From the IMG/VR virus record IMGVR_UViG_3300050015_000276, positions 1 to 64,000 of that record: a DNA stretch of 64,000 nt; one strand, written 5' to 3'. Every line of letters begins with the position of its first letter. The stretch's first letter is position 1. The notes under the pieces were generated by a model, which worked only from the letters and a program-made list of their open reading frames with translations, was not told the origin of the DNA and ran no database searches. The DNA comes from a virus. Shown in pieces: positions 56,451 through 64,000 of the stretch. Both the position numbers and the translations under genes were made by a program.

Positions 56451-56672
56451 ATGCTATACTTGTATTGTATGAAACAAAAAGACCCGTTATATGAAATTCT
56501 GATCCAGTTTGTGAGTCTGAACCTGAATACACTTACCGGATTGGAACAGAAGATTATGGACATTGCCTGCGTGCGTGGTGAGTATCTCATGCCGACCAAT
56601 TGCCATGCAGAGTTTATGCCGCCGGTCAAAATTGATCCAATTTACAGGAGCAAAGCTCCATGCAAGAATTAA
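56451..56672 (+). CDS. Hypothetical protein (start probably 56469)
   Basis: Behind promoter 56432. Confidence 0.45.
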   Translation: MLYLYCMKQKDPLYEILIQFVSLNLNTLTGLEQKIMDIACVRGEYLMPTNCHAEFMPPVKIDPIYRSKAPCKN

Positions 56673-56914
56673 AAAAGCTTATGACACCACCAGTGCCGAA
56701 GCCTGTCCTTTATCTGGTCCATTTTTGCGACCAGTGCTATCTTTCCACCTGGGATGGCAAGAGTAGTCGGGATGATCTGCGTCCTTATTACCGGTCGGGG
56801 AATTCGGAACTCTGCGAGCGGGGTCCGACTCGGTTCGATACCGTGGAAGAAGCATACAAGTCAGTACGCCTTGATGGCGATCATTTTGAAATAAAGGAAA
56901 GGGTAAAGGTATGA
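56660..56914 (+). CDS. Hypothetical protein
   Basis: AGGAG SD; CDQC. Confidence 0.55.
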   Translation: MQELKKLMTPPVPKPVLYLVHFCDQCYLSTWDGKSSRDDLRPYYRSGNSELCERGPTRFDTVEEAYKSVRLDGDHFEIKERVKV

Positions 56915-57132
56915 CAACGCAATATGGAGAGATTGTTTTTGATGAAAACGGCTACGCGGCGGGGGCTATTTGGATTCCTTCGTGCACGAAGCGGACATTG
57001 ACTCAGAATTGGCGAGTAAAGTCTTTTACAAGCCGTCCTGGAGAGTCCAACACAACGTTGGTCAAGACTGAAAGCGAAGCACGGGAATCTGTCCTTGCCA
57101 CTGGATGTTTCGAGGTTGAAAATGCCAATTAA
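56911..57132 (+). CDS. Hypothetical protein
   Basis: Coupled overlap with the previous gene. Confidence 0.55.
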   Translation: MTTQYGEIVFDENGYAAGAIWIPSCTKRTLTQNWRVKSFTSRPGESNTTLVKTESEARESVLATGCFEVENAN

Positions 57133-57460
57133 CACGCAAGATTACATAAACGCCACGTCCGGAATCGGTCCACTCGCAAAGGAGTGGACCGATAAGCCGC
57201 ACAGGCTCGTATACGACCTAGTCCGGGAACTCCTTGCAGTCCAAAGGGTTCTCGATACACAAACTCCAAAGACAGTACTTGTATTTGGCGATTGCTCCAG
57301 CGGCCGCTTTTATTTGGTATTGAAAGACAGGAGTGACGGAAATGCGCGCATTTATTATCGTTCCGGTTCTCAGATATTACATGATACTTGGCCCACCTGG
57401 TTCTCTTCCAGAGAAGCGGCCGAGAAGGATATAAAAGACTCCGAGATCTTTGCGATCTAA
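57095..57460 (+). CDS. Hypothetical protein (start probably 57122)
   Basis: GAGG SD before ATG 57122. Confidence 0.55.
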   Translation: MPLDVSRLKMPINTQDYINATSGIGPLAKEWTDKPHRLVYDLVRELLAVQRVLDTQTPKTVLVFGDCSSGRFYLVLKDRSDGNARIYYRSGSQILHDTWPTWFSSREAAEKDIKDSEIFAI

Positions 57461-57601
57461 TAGACCATAGGCCAATATACCATACCATGTTGTTGGAAGA
57501 ATAACCATATGGAGTTTCATATAACATGGTATGGTATACGAAAAGCGATATAACAATATCATTGTGCGTTGCAACGGATGTATTTGTTATTAGGAGAATA
57601 A

Positions 57602-57790
57602 ATGAGAAAAGCCGATTCCGGTAGGCCTCACGGTAATTATGATGGTAAGGATAAAGAACAGTGTTGTTCCTGTGGTAAGGAGACCAACTATCTAATGGAA
57701 AATGGTGAATGTATGAGGTGTTGGAGTTCCTATGCAAGTATATTCCAATTCAGTGGAATAAAGGATAGTTATATTAAAAAGGAACAATGA
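57602..57790 (+). CDS. Small Zn-ribbon protein
   Basis: CSCG...CMRC, AGGAG SD. Confidence 0.5.
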   Translation: MRKADSGRPHGNYDGKDKEQCCSCGKETNYLMENGECMRCWSSYASIFQFSGIKDSYIKKEQ

Positions 57791-58020
57791 GTTCTAGAGT
57801 TCTAGAGTTCTGGAGAGTTCCAAGCTGTGGCGGTATCTGTCCGTATCTGTCCTTCAAACCCACAATCCATCGGAGAAACACAAAGACCTCCGTGTCCTTG
57901 CAAGGCCTCATTATCATAACGGCCTCCGTATCCTCTGTTATCATAACGTCCTCTTCCATTTCATACTCACGTTATGATAAACGAATCTTGTTGACATCCA
58001 CCCTACAATTTGATACACTT

Positions 58021-58299
58021 ATGAATATGCAAGCACGCAAAAATTACGTACACTTCGAAGATCGGGTTGATTTGAAGGAGACTCCAAACAAGGATATTCC
58101 ACTCAATCAGATGTTCGCCGGGTCCATCGGGTCCATCGGCTCCTATGAGGACCGGCTCTTTATCAAATTGGAAGCCGACGCCGGCCGTTCCTGGATCTAT
58201 TGCGTCGATGCCCCGCTTGGCGCCACCGGCGAATACAGGACAGATCAACCGGACGTTACCAATTACAGGCCCGTGATTTCCCTGACCGCCAAGATTTGA
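58021..58299 (+). CDS. Hypothetical protein, paralog of 55182-55438
   Basis: IPLNQMFAG...RLFIKLE...YRPVISLT; behind promoter 57991. Confidence 0.6.
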   Translation: MNMQARKNYVHFEDRVDLKETPNKDIPLNQMFAGSIGSIGSYEDRLFIKLEADAGRSWIYCVDAPLGATGEYRTDQPDVTNYRPVISLTAKI

Positions 58300-58340
58300 A
58301 AGGCCTTGACATCCACCACAACGTGTGAGACAATATACCT

Positions 58341-58733
58341 ATGATACTCACTATCAATGCAATGAAAGAAGCCGGCCGGGACATCGTTCTGGATGACCTG
58401 ACCATCCGGGTGACAGATGTTCCGCTGGACCGGACCAGCGATGTGGAATACTATCGCAATAAGTATTTGACGCAGGTGGAGGAAGTGTCCAAAGTCAATG
58501 CCGAACTCCGCAGTGTCCAGGATATGCTGACCGCCGAACGGAACGCCAATGCCGGAACCGTATCGCTGGCCCTTGTCCGGGATTGGCTCAATACCGTCCG
58601 GGATGGCGCCGTGTATTCCGCGGTGGAACGGATCAACCTCATCAAGGCTGTCCGGTTGCTCACCTACATGGGCCTGAAAGAATCCAAGGATCTGGTGGAA
58701 TCGTTTATTACCGTCAACTATAACCACTCCTAA
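58341..58733 (+). CDS. Coiled-coil protein with bL12 C-terminal-like motif
   Basis: RINLIKAVRLLTYMGLKESKDLVE. Confidence 0.75.
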   Translation: MILTINAMKEAGRDIVLDDLTIRVTDVPLDRTSDVEYYRNKYLTQVEEVSKVNAELRSVQDMLTAERNANAGTVSLALVRDWLNTVRDGAVYSAVERINLIKAVRLLTYMGLKESKDLVESFITVNYNHS

Positions 58734-58746
58734 TCATCCATTCCGT

Positions 58747-58778
58747 ACCGGAGGCCTCTCACGCAGGAGGCCTCCGGT
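58747..58778 (+). terminator. GC-rich hairpin, near-duplicate at 61142-61165
   Basis: ACCGGAGGCCTC-8 nt-GAGGCCTCCGGT followed by TTCC. Confidence 0.75.
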
Positions 58779-58888
58779 TTCCTCTATTACCTACGTTATG
58801 ATAACGCAAGCTTGGTTTCTGTTATGATAACGCGGCCTTCCACCATTATTTTCTTGCATTCCATAGAATACTCTGTTACCCTTATAAC

Positions 58889-59164
58889 ATGATGAAAAAG
58901 ACGACCGACCCAGCCCTCAAAGCCGCGTTGAAGCTGATTGCCAAGGCCCTCACGGATGCAGAGCCGTATTCCGCCTACCGCATTCGGAACGTCCGCTACA
59001 ACCTGCTACGGGCCCGTGGGATTGCAGCCAATCGGACTTACGAACGCACCAATCCGGAAATCGAGAAGTTCGTCCATGTCCGGCCCGTGACCGTTCGCCA
59101 CATCAACCGCATGTCCTCCGGGAACAAGGGCCGCACGGCCTTGTCCATGGCGCTTGCTGCGTAG
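58889..59164 (+). CDS. Basic hypothetical protein
   Basis: Behind a variant promoter TTGCATTCC (58854). Confidence 0.55.
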   Translation: MMKKTTDPALKAALKLIAKALTDAEPYSAYRIRNVRYNLLRARGIAANRTYERTNPEIEKFVHVRPVTVRHINRMSSGNKGRTALSMALAA

Positions 59165-59231
59165 AGATCACACGGCATCACCGGGGTCCGTAGTGGACCC
59201 CGGCAACCCAGCGGCGTCAATTGGAGGTGCT

Positions 59232-59534
59232 ATGCAAAGACTACGAATCAAGAAGGCCGTGCTAGTGTACCAAGCTGGCATAGCTAACGTGTTCACAGTA
59301 CGGAGCTTTAATATGGCAGACTTTGGACGGGATGGCGAGCGCATTCTGCAAGGGGACTTTCGAACATGCGAATGTTTCGCCCGTGGTCTAGTGGCTGCCG
59401 GTGTCCATGTGACTAGCGCCCACTGCAACCAAGCGGGTGATATTGCTAGTGCGCACTGGCTTGAGGGCTTGGAGAGTGCCCCATTCTTTGAGTCAATGGT
59501 CCCAGTGTATGGGATGACAGACAGAGTTAAGTAG
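59232..59534 (+). CDS. Hypothetical protein
   Basis: GGAGG SD before ATG 59232. Confidence 0.65.
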   Translation: MQRLRIKKAVLVYQAGIANVFTVRSFNMADFGRDGERILQGDFRTCECFARGLVAAGVHVTSAHCNQAGDIASAHWLEGLESAPFFESMVPVYGMTDRVK

Positions 59535-59571
59535 AGGCTCCAGCTAAGCGGCAGTCCGAGCTAAGATTCCT

Positions 59572-59766
59572 ATGCGCCCAACACATCATATCCTTCATCC
59601 CGCTGTTGGATGCAATAAGTCAGGCGAGGTGCGTTATCCTCGCCTGACTTCCGTAATGGTAGAGCCATTTGGAAATAGTATGGTTCAGCTTACATTTCCT
59701 GGTGGTGAATCCATTGCAGTGTGGGATGCCGCCATTGCAGTAAAAGAACTAAGGAGAATCAAATGA
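59572..59766 (+). CDS. Hypothetical protein
   Basis: 64-aa ORF. Confidence 0.45.
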   Translation: MRPTHHILHPAVGCNKSGEVRYPRLTSVMVEPFGNSMVQLTFPGGESIAVWDAAIAVKELRRIK

Positions 59767-59939
59767 AAGAACGATTACGGAAGATCCTACCGGATACACC
59801 TCTCCAAGGACCTGGTTGGTCCCTGAACTTCTGGCCTTTGATTGGATTGGTATCCATGGCCATTCCATGGGCCTTAACAATCTTGATAATTTTCCTTGTG
59901 TTGCATATCCTGGCCAATGTTCCATTCGTGGTTCTCTGA
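59763..59939 (+). CDS. Small membrane protein
   Basis: AAGGAG SD, ATG 59763, hydrophobic C-terminus. Confidence 0.55.
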   Translation: MKERLRKILPDTPLQGPGWSLNFWPLIGLVSMAIPWALTILIIFLVLHILANVPFVVL

Positions 59940-59953
59940 TACCGTTTTGGTAA

Positions 59954-60310
59954 TTATGAATTATTTCTGAGATAGTGAATGGCTTTTTCTAAGAGTTCAA
60001 TACTATCATTGAAGCTTCCAAGTGCCATGTTACACTTCTGGCAAAGTAAAGAACGAATTTTTCCTGTGATGTGATCGTGGTCCACAGCTAGTTTTTTGAC
60101 TTTTCCTTTCCATGTAACTGTTTCGAGATTTCCACAAATAGCACATAAAGAATTTTGTTTTTTCATTAGAGAGTCAAACTCAGTTGGGGAGATTCCAAAA
60201 CGTCTTTGGCGGCCAAGTGCCACTGCACGACCAGGATGTTTTATGTTGTAACGATCTCTTCGTTCTTTTCCTAGTCTTTTTATGTTGGAGAGTTCTTCAA
60301 GTGTTATCAT
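59954..60310 (-). mobile_element. Second EndoVII-type HNH homing endonuclease
   Basis: CAICG...KKLAVDHDH.TG.IRSLLC..CN.ALG; antisense; CTAAATA late promoter. Confidence 0.88.
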
Positions 60311-60526
60311 TCGTTATTCTATTTAGCGCATTTGGGAATCGCGAATAGCGAATGGAGTTTTATCCTCAAGGGCACGTTATTATAAGTGGTTCTTGCCTTT
60401 AAATGCGCGTTTAATGAGTGGGGCCCTTGTTACCCCCTTACCCCCGCTCACAAATGCAACCTACCCCTGTAGGATCGTCAAGAAACAGCTATTGACAAAC
60501 GATCATGAACACTGTAATATGGTCCT

Positions 60527-60733
60527 ATGATGAAAAACGTGATAGAACCGATGAGCCCCATGATAAAACAGTGCATTACTGTTAGCCGATCCTTTGTAAA
60601 GGAGAGTATCTGTCGGCTTTTGGTCCGCCTCCTTGGGCTTAAGCCGATACCTTATACTGCCTGGGAAGTTCTCGGTGAAGGTGGCCGGGATCATGAGTCT
60701 TTTAATAGGTCGCGCCAGGAGGAGAGTCTATGA
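60527..60733 (+). CDS. Hypothetical protein
   Basis: Behind TTGACA(60492) promoter. Confidence 0.45.
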   Translation: MMKNVIEPMSPMIKQCITVSRSFVKESICRLLVRLLGLKPIPYTAWEVLGEGGRDHESFNRSRQEESL

Positions 60734-61011
60734 GCCCCACAATGAAGAAACAGGATGCCTCCTCTGCCATCGCGTTGTCCTTGGCCGCGGAGGTAGTAGA
60801 TCAAATAACAATCATCCTTTCCAGTGTTGATGATGCCATGTCATCCACAGATTTGGCAGCATCACACCCGGCCCGCATCAATTTGCTGGATATCAAGGCT
60901 GCGGCACTCAGGATATCGAGCCGTTGTAACCAGACCAATTCGGTGTTCCAGCGTACTGGTATCCGATTGGGCCGTGGTTCCTTCGATGCCATCTGCGATA
61001 ACATGTATTAA
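60730..61011 (+). CDS. Stand-alone HisKA/DHp-like helical hairpin without the phospho-His
   Basis: LAAEVVDQITIILS...HPARINLLDIKAAALR. Confidence 0.55.
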   Translation: MSPTMKKQDASSAIALSLAAEVVDQITIILSSVDDAMSSTDLAASHPARINLLDIKAAALRISSRCNQTNSVFQRTGIRLGRGSFDAICDNMY

Positions 61012-61336
61012 AGCCTCCAATTGGAGGCCATACACCAGTTATGATAAGCGATTCTTGTTGACATCCACGATGAAGCGTTCGCCGACAGGTTTGGCTATCT
61101 CCGAGTTGTAGTTTGCTCCGTATCGGTCCAATAGCAGAGAGCCGGAGGCCTTGCAAGGCCTCCGGTTTTCCTCAAGGCCCGTGTTATCATAACAGAAGCT
61201 TGACACGATCCCAGCGATCCTCCAGAGGGGCCCTGCTACCCTATCAACCCTAGTGGCAGGATCGATCCTAGAGCGAACCTGCGCGATTATTTTGACAGTT
61301 GACAAAGGCCCCGCGACACTGCTATCATGAGGTTGT

Positions 61337-61531
61337 ATGAAACCCAAGAAACTGAAATACTTCACAACCCGTAAGTATATGGGAGATGATGCCTACTCCT
61401 GGGCTGTGTTCCGCAAGGGTGTTAGCAACCCGATCTGTTCTGGCTGTTCCAAAAACGAGGCCCGGTACCATGCGGGAGAGATCGAGAAGAATTACATCCA
61501 GATGTTGACTGACCAGGGTGCCAAAGTATGA
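61337..61531 (+). CDS. Hypothetical protein
   Basis: Behind TTGACA(61300) promoter, GAGG SD. Confidence 0.6.
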   Translation: MKPKKLKYFTTRKYMGDDAYSWAVFRKGVSNPICSGCSKNEARYHAGEIEKNYIQMLTDQGAKV

Positions 61532-61776
61532 CAATCACCGAACTGGCGTCCTCCGTTAACAAGGCAGTGTACTTTGTGGCCGGAGATCTCAAATTCACCT
61601 GCATGGTCACGGATGCCCGTATGTCATGGGGTAAGCCACAATTCCAGATCAGACCAGTGACCGGGTTGGGTACTCGGTGGGTCGAGTTCTCCTCAATCGA
61701 ACCCGTCGAATCCATTCCACAGATCAAAAAACCCTTGACAACCGTTTCATACTCTGCTAAACTGGTCCTACGATGA
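61528..61776 (+). CDS. Hypothetical protein
   Basis: Coupled overlap. Confidence 0.55.
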   Translation: MTITELASSVNKAVYFVAGDLKFTCMVTDARMSWGKPQFQIRPVTGLGTRWVEFSSIEPVESIPQIKKPLTTVSYSAKLVLR

Positions 61777-62377
61777 AACGTGAAAGCTACCGACACACAA
61801 CGAACGCCTATTATGAAAACCGGGCCGCAAGCCGACCCCGCCAAGTGTGGAAGAAAGCCAAGATAGATGGACAGCCCAGCCGGCGCTTTGCCGCAGCCAA
61901 TGGTGAGATCGGCGCCATTCCGGTCCATGTGAATCCTCGGGTCGTGTAGTCCAACAAGTTTGGGGCCGATAACGCCGTGCCGTTGCCGCAAGAGCCGTCC
62001 ACGGAAGGTCCGGCCCCAATTCGTACACCAATAAGGAGAATGTCATGAAGAATACAAACGATTTCGCCGTCAGGCGCGGCCGGACCTTCACCACGTTTTC
62101 GACTTCCATAGCCGCCGCGGCCTACCAGAATGTTACGCTCGGATAGGTCCTGATGGTCCGGACCGCATCGGGTTGGAAGAACCTGTTCTAGAAGTCCAAG
62201 TTTGTGGTTGCCGGGAGGTAGACATCCATAGTGAATGGAGGCTGGCTCTGAACCCCAGCCTCCATTTTCCGGTCTATAACTCACTTATCATAACGGGACC
62301 TTGGCGATCTAATAGCCAACGATCTAATAGCATGTATACTACTTGACAATCCATATACATTCTGATACACTTACCCT

Positions 62378-62581
62378 ATGATCGACATGCAGAATTTCAT
62401 GAAAAGGCCAGACTCCTTCGACATGAAGATTGCTATGGTCAATGGAAGTCCGGTCTGTATATTCCGGGATTGCCATTTGGACAAGCCAGGTATGGAGATG
62501 GTTTTCCCGAATGCTCCAGTTGTCACGTCTCCATTGGATGCCTGGGACCTGGCACTCCGTGAAGATGAGGATAAGTATTAG
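62378..62581 (+). CDS. Hypothetical protein
   Basis: Behind TTGACAATCC...TGATACACT promoter (62344). Confidence 0.6.
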   Translation: MIDMQNFMKRPDSFDMKIAMVNGSPVCIFRDCHLDKPGMEMVFPNAPVVTSPLDAWDLALREDEDKY

Positions 62582-62915
62582 CCATGGAGCGAAAATACTA
62601 TATTCCGTTTGTCATGGAGGTGACAGTGGTATCCAGGCCTCCAATGCCTTGGGCTTTGCTCTATGATGGAAAAGAATCCACCAATCTGGAAATCTTACCT
62701 GGAGGCCTGTTTCTAATAGGCCTATTGGTCTCCGTATGGATATCATCTCCATAAGGAGATGGAAGGATGCGTTATGATAAGAGTATCTAATAGAATGGAA
62801 GGATCTGTTATGGTAACAAATGGAACTAATAGCCACATGCTTTGCTTATGATAACGCGACCTTGAACCAAAGGAAACGCCCGGGCCTCGGAGGCCCGGGC
62901 GTCGGTCGGAGTGGA

Positions 62916-63356
62916 TTACTCGGTGACGGTCAGGTCGGCGACGGTCTCGGGAGCAGGCCCCTCGATCAGCTTCGGTTCGGTATTGACGGGCGGAGCGGTG
63001 CGCTTGGACTTCGCTTCGCGCTTCGGTTTCGCTTCCTTCTTGGCTTTCGGCTCGACAACGGCGACGGCAGCCTTGGAGGCAGACGCGGCGAGCTTGAACA
63101 CGGACAGGTTGTAGATGCCCGGGGTGTTTTTGACTTTCGCCGACAGGTTGCGCCCGATGAAATACGGCATATATTTCTTGCCCCGGAGGGACTGGTTGGC
63201 GGTGATCAATTGCTTGGAGGACAGCTTGGTCTCGCCCTTGTGGAACGCGATGATATCCTGAATGATCTTGAACTGGTCGGTGGATAGCGCGTACCCGCGG
63301 AATAGCGTGTGCGGAGTCCCCTTCTCAGTCGTCCCGTCGATAATCTTGAAAGACAT
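62916..63356 (-). CDS. GC-rich gene for a basic protein with K/A/P-rich tail (possible DNA binder)
   Basis: AGAGGAG SD; minus-strand TTGACC...TGATACACT promoter about 63405-63433; PKAKKEAKPKREAKSKR tail. Confidence 0.75.
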   Translation of the reverse strand: MSFKIIDGTTEKGTPHTLFRGYALSTDQFKIIQDIIAFHKGETKLSSKQLITANQSLRGKKYMPYFIGRNLSAKVKNTPGIYNLSVFKLAASASKAAVAVVEPKAKKEAKPKREAKSKRTAPPVNTEPKLIEGPAPETVADLTVTE

Positions 63357-63667
63357 GTGTTTAATTCTCCTCTGTTTTCGTTTGTACTGTTTCAGTACTC
63401 TATAAGTGTATCAAATGCGGGGACGTGGTCAAGCGTTTTTGGTAAGAAAAAGGCGAAGCCGAAGCGAAAGCCGCATTAAAGTATTTTAATGTTAAAAAGC
63501 TTGACATTCCATCGGTTCTATTGCGCAAGCTTGCGTTATCTGTTTCCTTTTCCAAGCTTGCGTTATCATAAGCGAAGCTTGCGCTGCCAAGGTCACGTTA
63601 TCATAAGCGAAGCTTGGAACCAAAGGAAAGGGGGATCCTTTTGATCCCCCGATCCGTTTCTATTAGG

Positions 63668-63853
63668 TCAGGCGTCCTTGAGACCCCAATACCACTCCCG
63701 ATCTATTAGTTCCTTGCGGAGTGTAACCAGCCGCGCTATTAGAGCGGCCCGCGTTTCAGGGTCCGTGACACTCTGCAAGCGGTACTCGGTCAGGCAGATA
63801 TCGCTTTTGATCCCCGAGGTTCGAACCTCATTGATTGAATCCAAAAAACTCAT
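63668..63853 (-). CDS. Hypothetical protein
   Basis: AGGAGG SD before ATG 63853. Confidence 0.6.
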   Translation of the reverse strand: MSFLDSINEVRTSGIKSDICLTEYRLQSVTDPETRAALIARLVTLRKELIDREWYWGLKDA

Positions 63854-64000
63854 GAGGCCCTCCTGATTACTGCGGGTTCTATTGACCGGACCAGAACTGC
63901 GGGTCCATGGATGGGCCGCGCGGGCAGGTGCACCCAGAAGCATAGCAGTACTATTAGAACCTGCACTTTTCACCTCCAAAGACCACTGATATTAGCAGCC

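Larger units (their letters stand above)
37331..63607. promoter_or_regulatory. Dispersed TTGACATCC sigma70 promoters and GTTAT(C/G)ATAAC boxes (aggregate entry)
   Basis: TTGACATCC at 37331, 39017, 40137, 43130, 43791, 44594, 47815, 50525, 50966, 52017, 52983, 54257, 55501, 56432, 57991, 58306, 61058 (also 2896), mostly with a 17-nt spacer and TG-extended -10; about 21 boxes (listed in findings). Confidence 0.85.

Noticed and set aside
62820-63287. 155-aa + strand ORF with regular Gly/Arg/Leu pattern
   Set aside because: Antisense shadow of the GC3-rich minus-strand gene 62916-63356, which has the SD and promoter
63817-63830. GAGG-TTCGAA-CCTC T-arm-like hairpin
   Set aside because: Inside a coding region with no acceptor, D or anticodon arm around it
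1-64000. Genome-wide stop-codon reassignment suggested by the gp7 TGA
   Set aside because: Core genes are full length in code 11 and end normally in TGA (rnh, gp26, GT) or TAG (gp48, gp8); no suppressor tRNA found

Overview
The window is 64 kb of a large T4-superfamily myovirus genome; no cellular housekeeping genes are visible. 0.2-10.1 kb (+) holds replication and expression genes (RNase H, DEDDh exonuclease, gp33, gp59, gp32), tRNA-Pro, a circularly permuted two-piece tmRNA and a GH24 lysin. 10.3-16.1 kb (-) and 16.2-36.3 kb (+) form the tail/baseplate module: tape-measure/hub lysozyme, gp51, gp26, gp54-like, gp2, gp4, gp48, gp53, gp27-like, gp5, a repeat fibre, a TPR-glycosyltransferase, gp25, gp6, gp7, gp8 and a DUF4815-like giant protein. 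36.4-64 kb is a long early/accessory region of small genes. It is built from repeated cassettes of hairpin + GTTAT(C/G)ATAAC box + TTGACATCC sigma70 promoter, and GC content rises toward the right end. It also carries a radical SAM protein, an AAA ATPase, a PEP-CTERM protein, a UvrD-like helicase, two EndoVII-type homing endonucleases, SprT, two bL12-like proteins and an isolated gp13 neck gene split by twin 251-nt group I introns. Strongest signals: the twin introns, the permuted tmRNA, a U_UUU_UUA -1 frameshift joining gp26 to gp51, the operator/promoter cassette regulon, and the fibre + glycosyltransferase pair. All protein calls come from motif recognition by eye; no database search was run.
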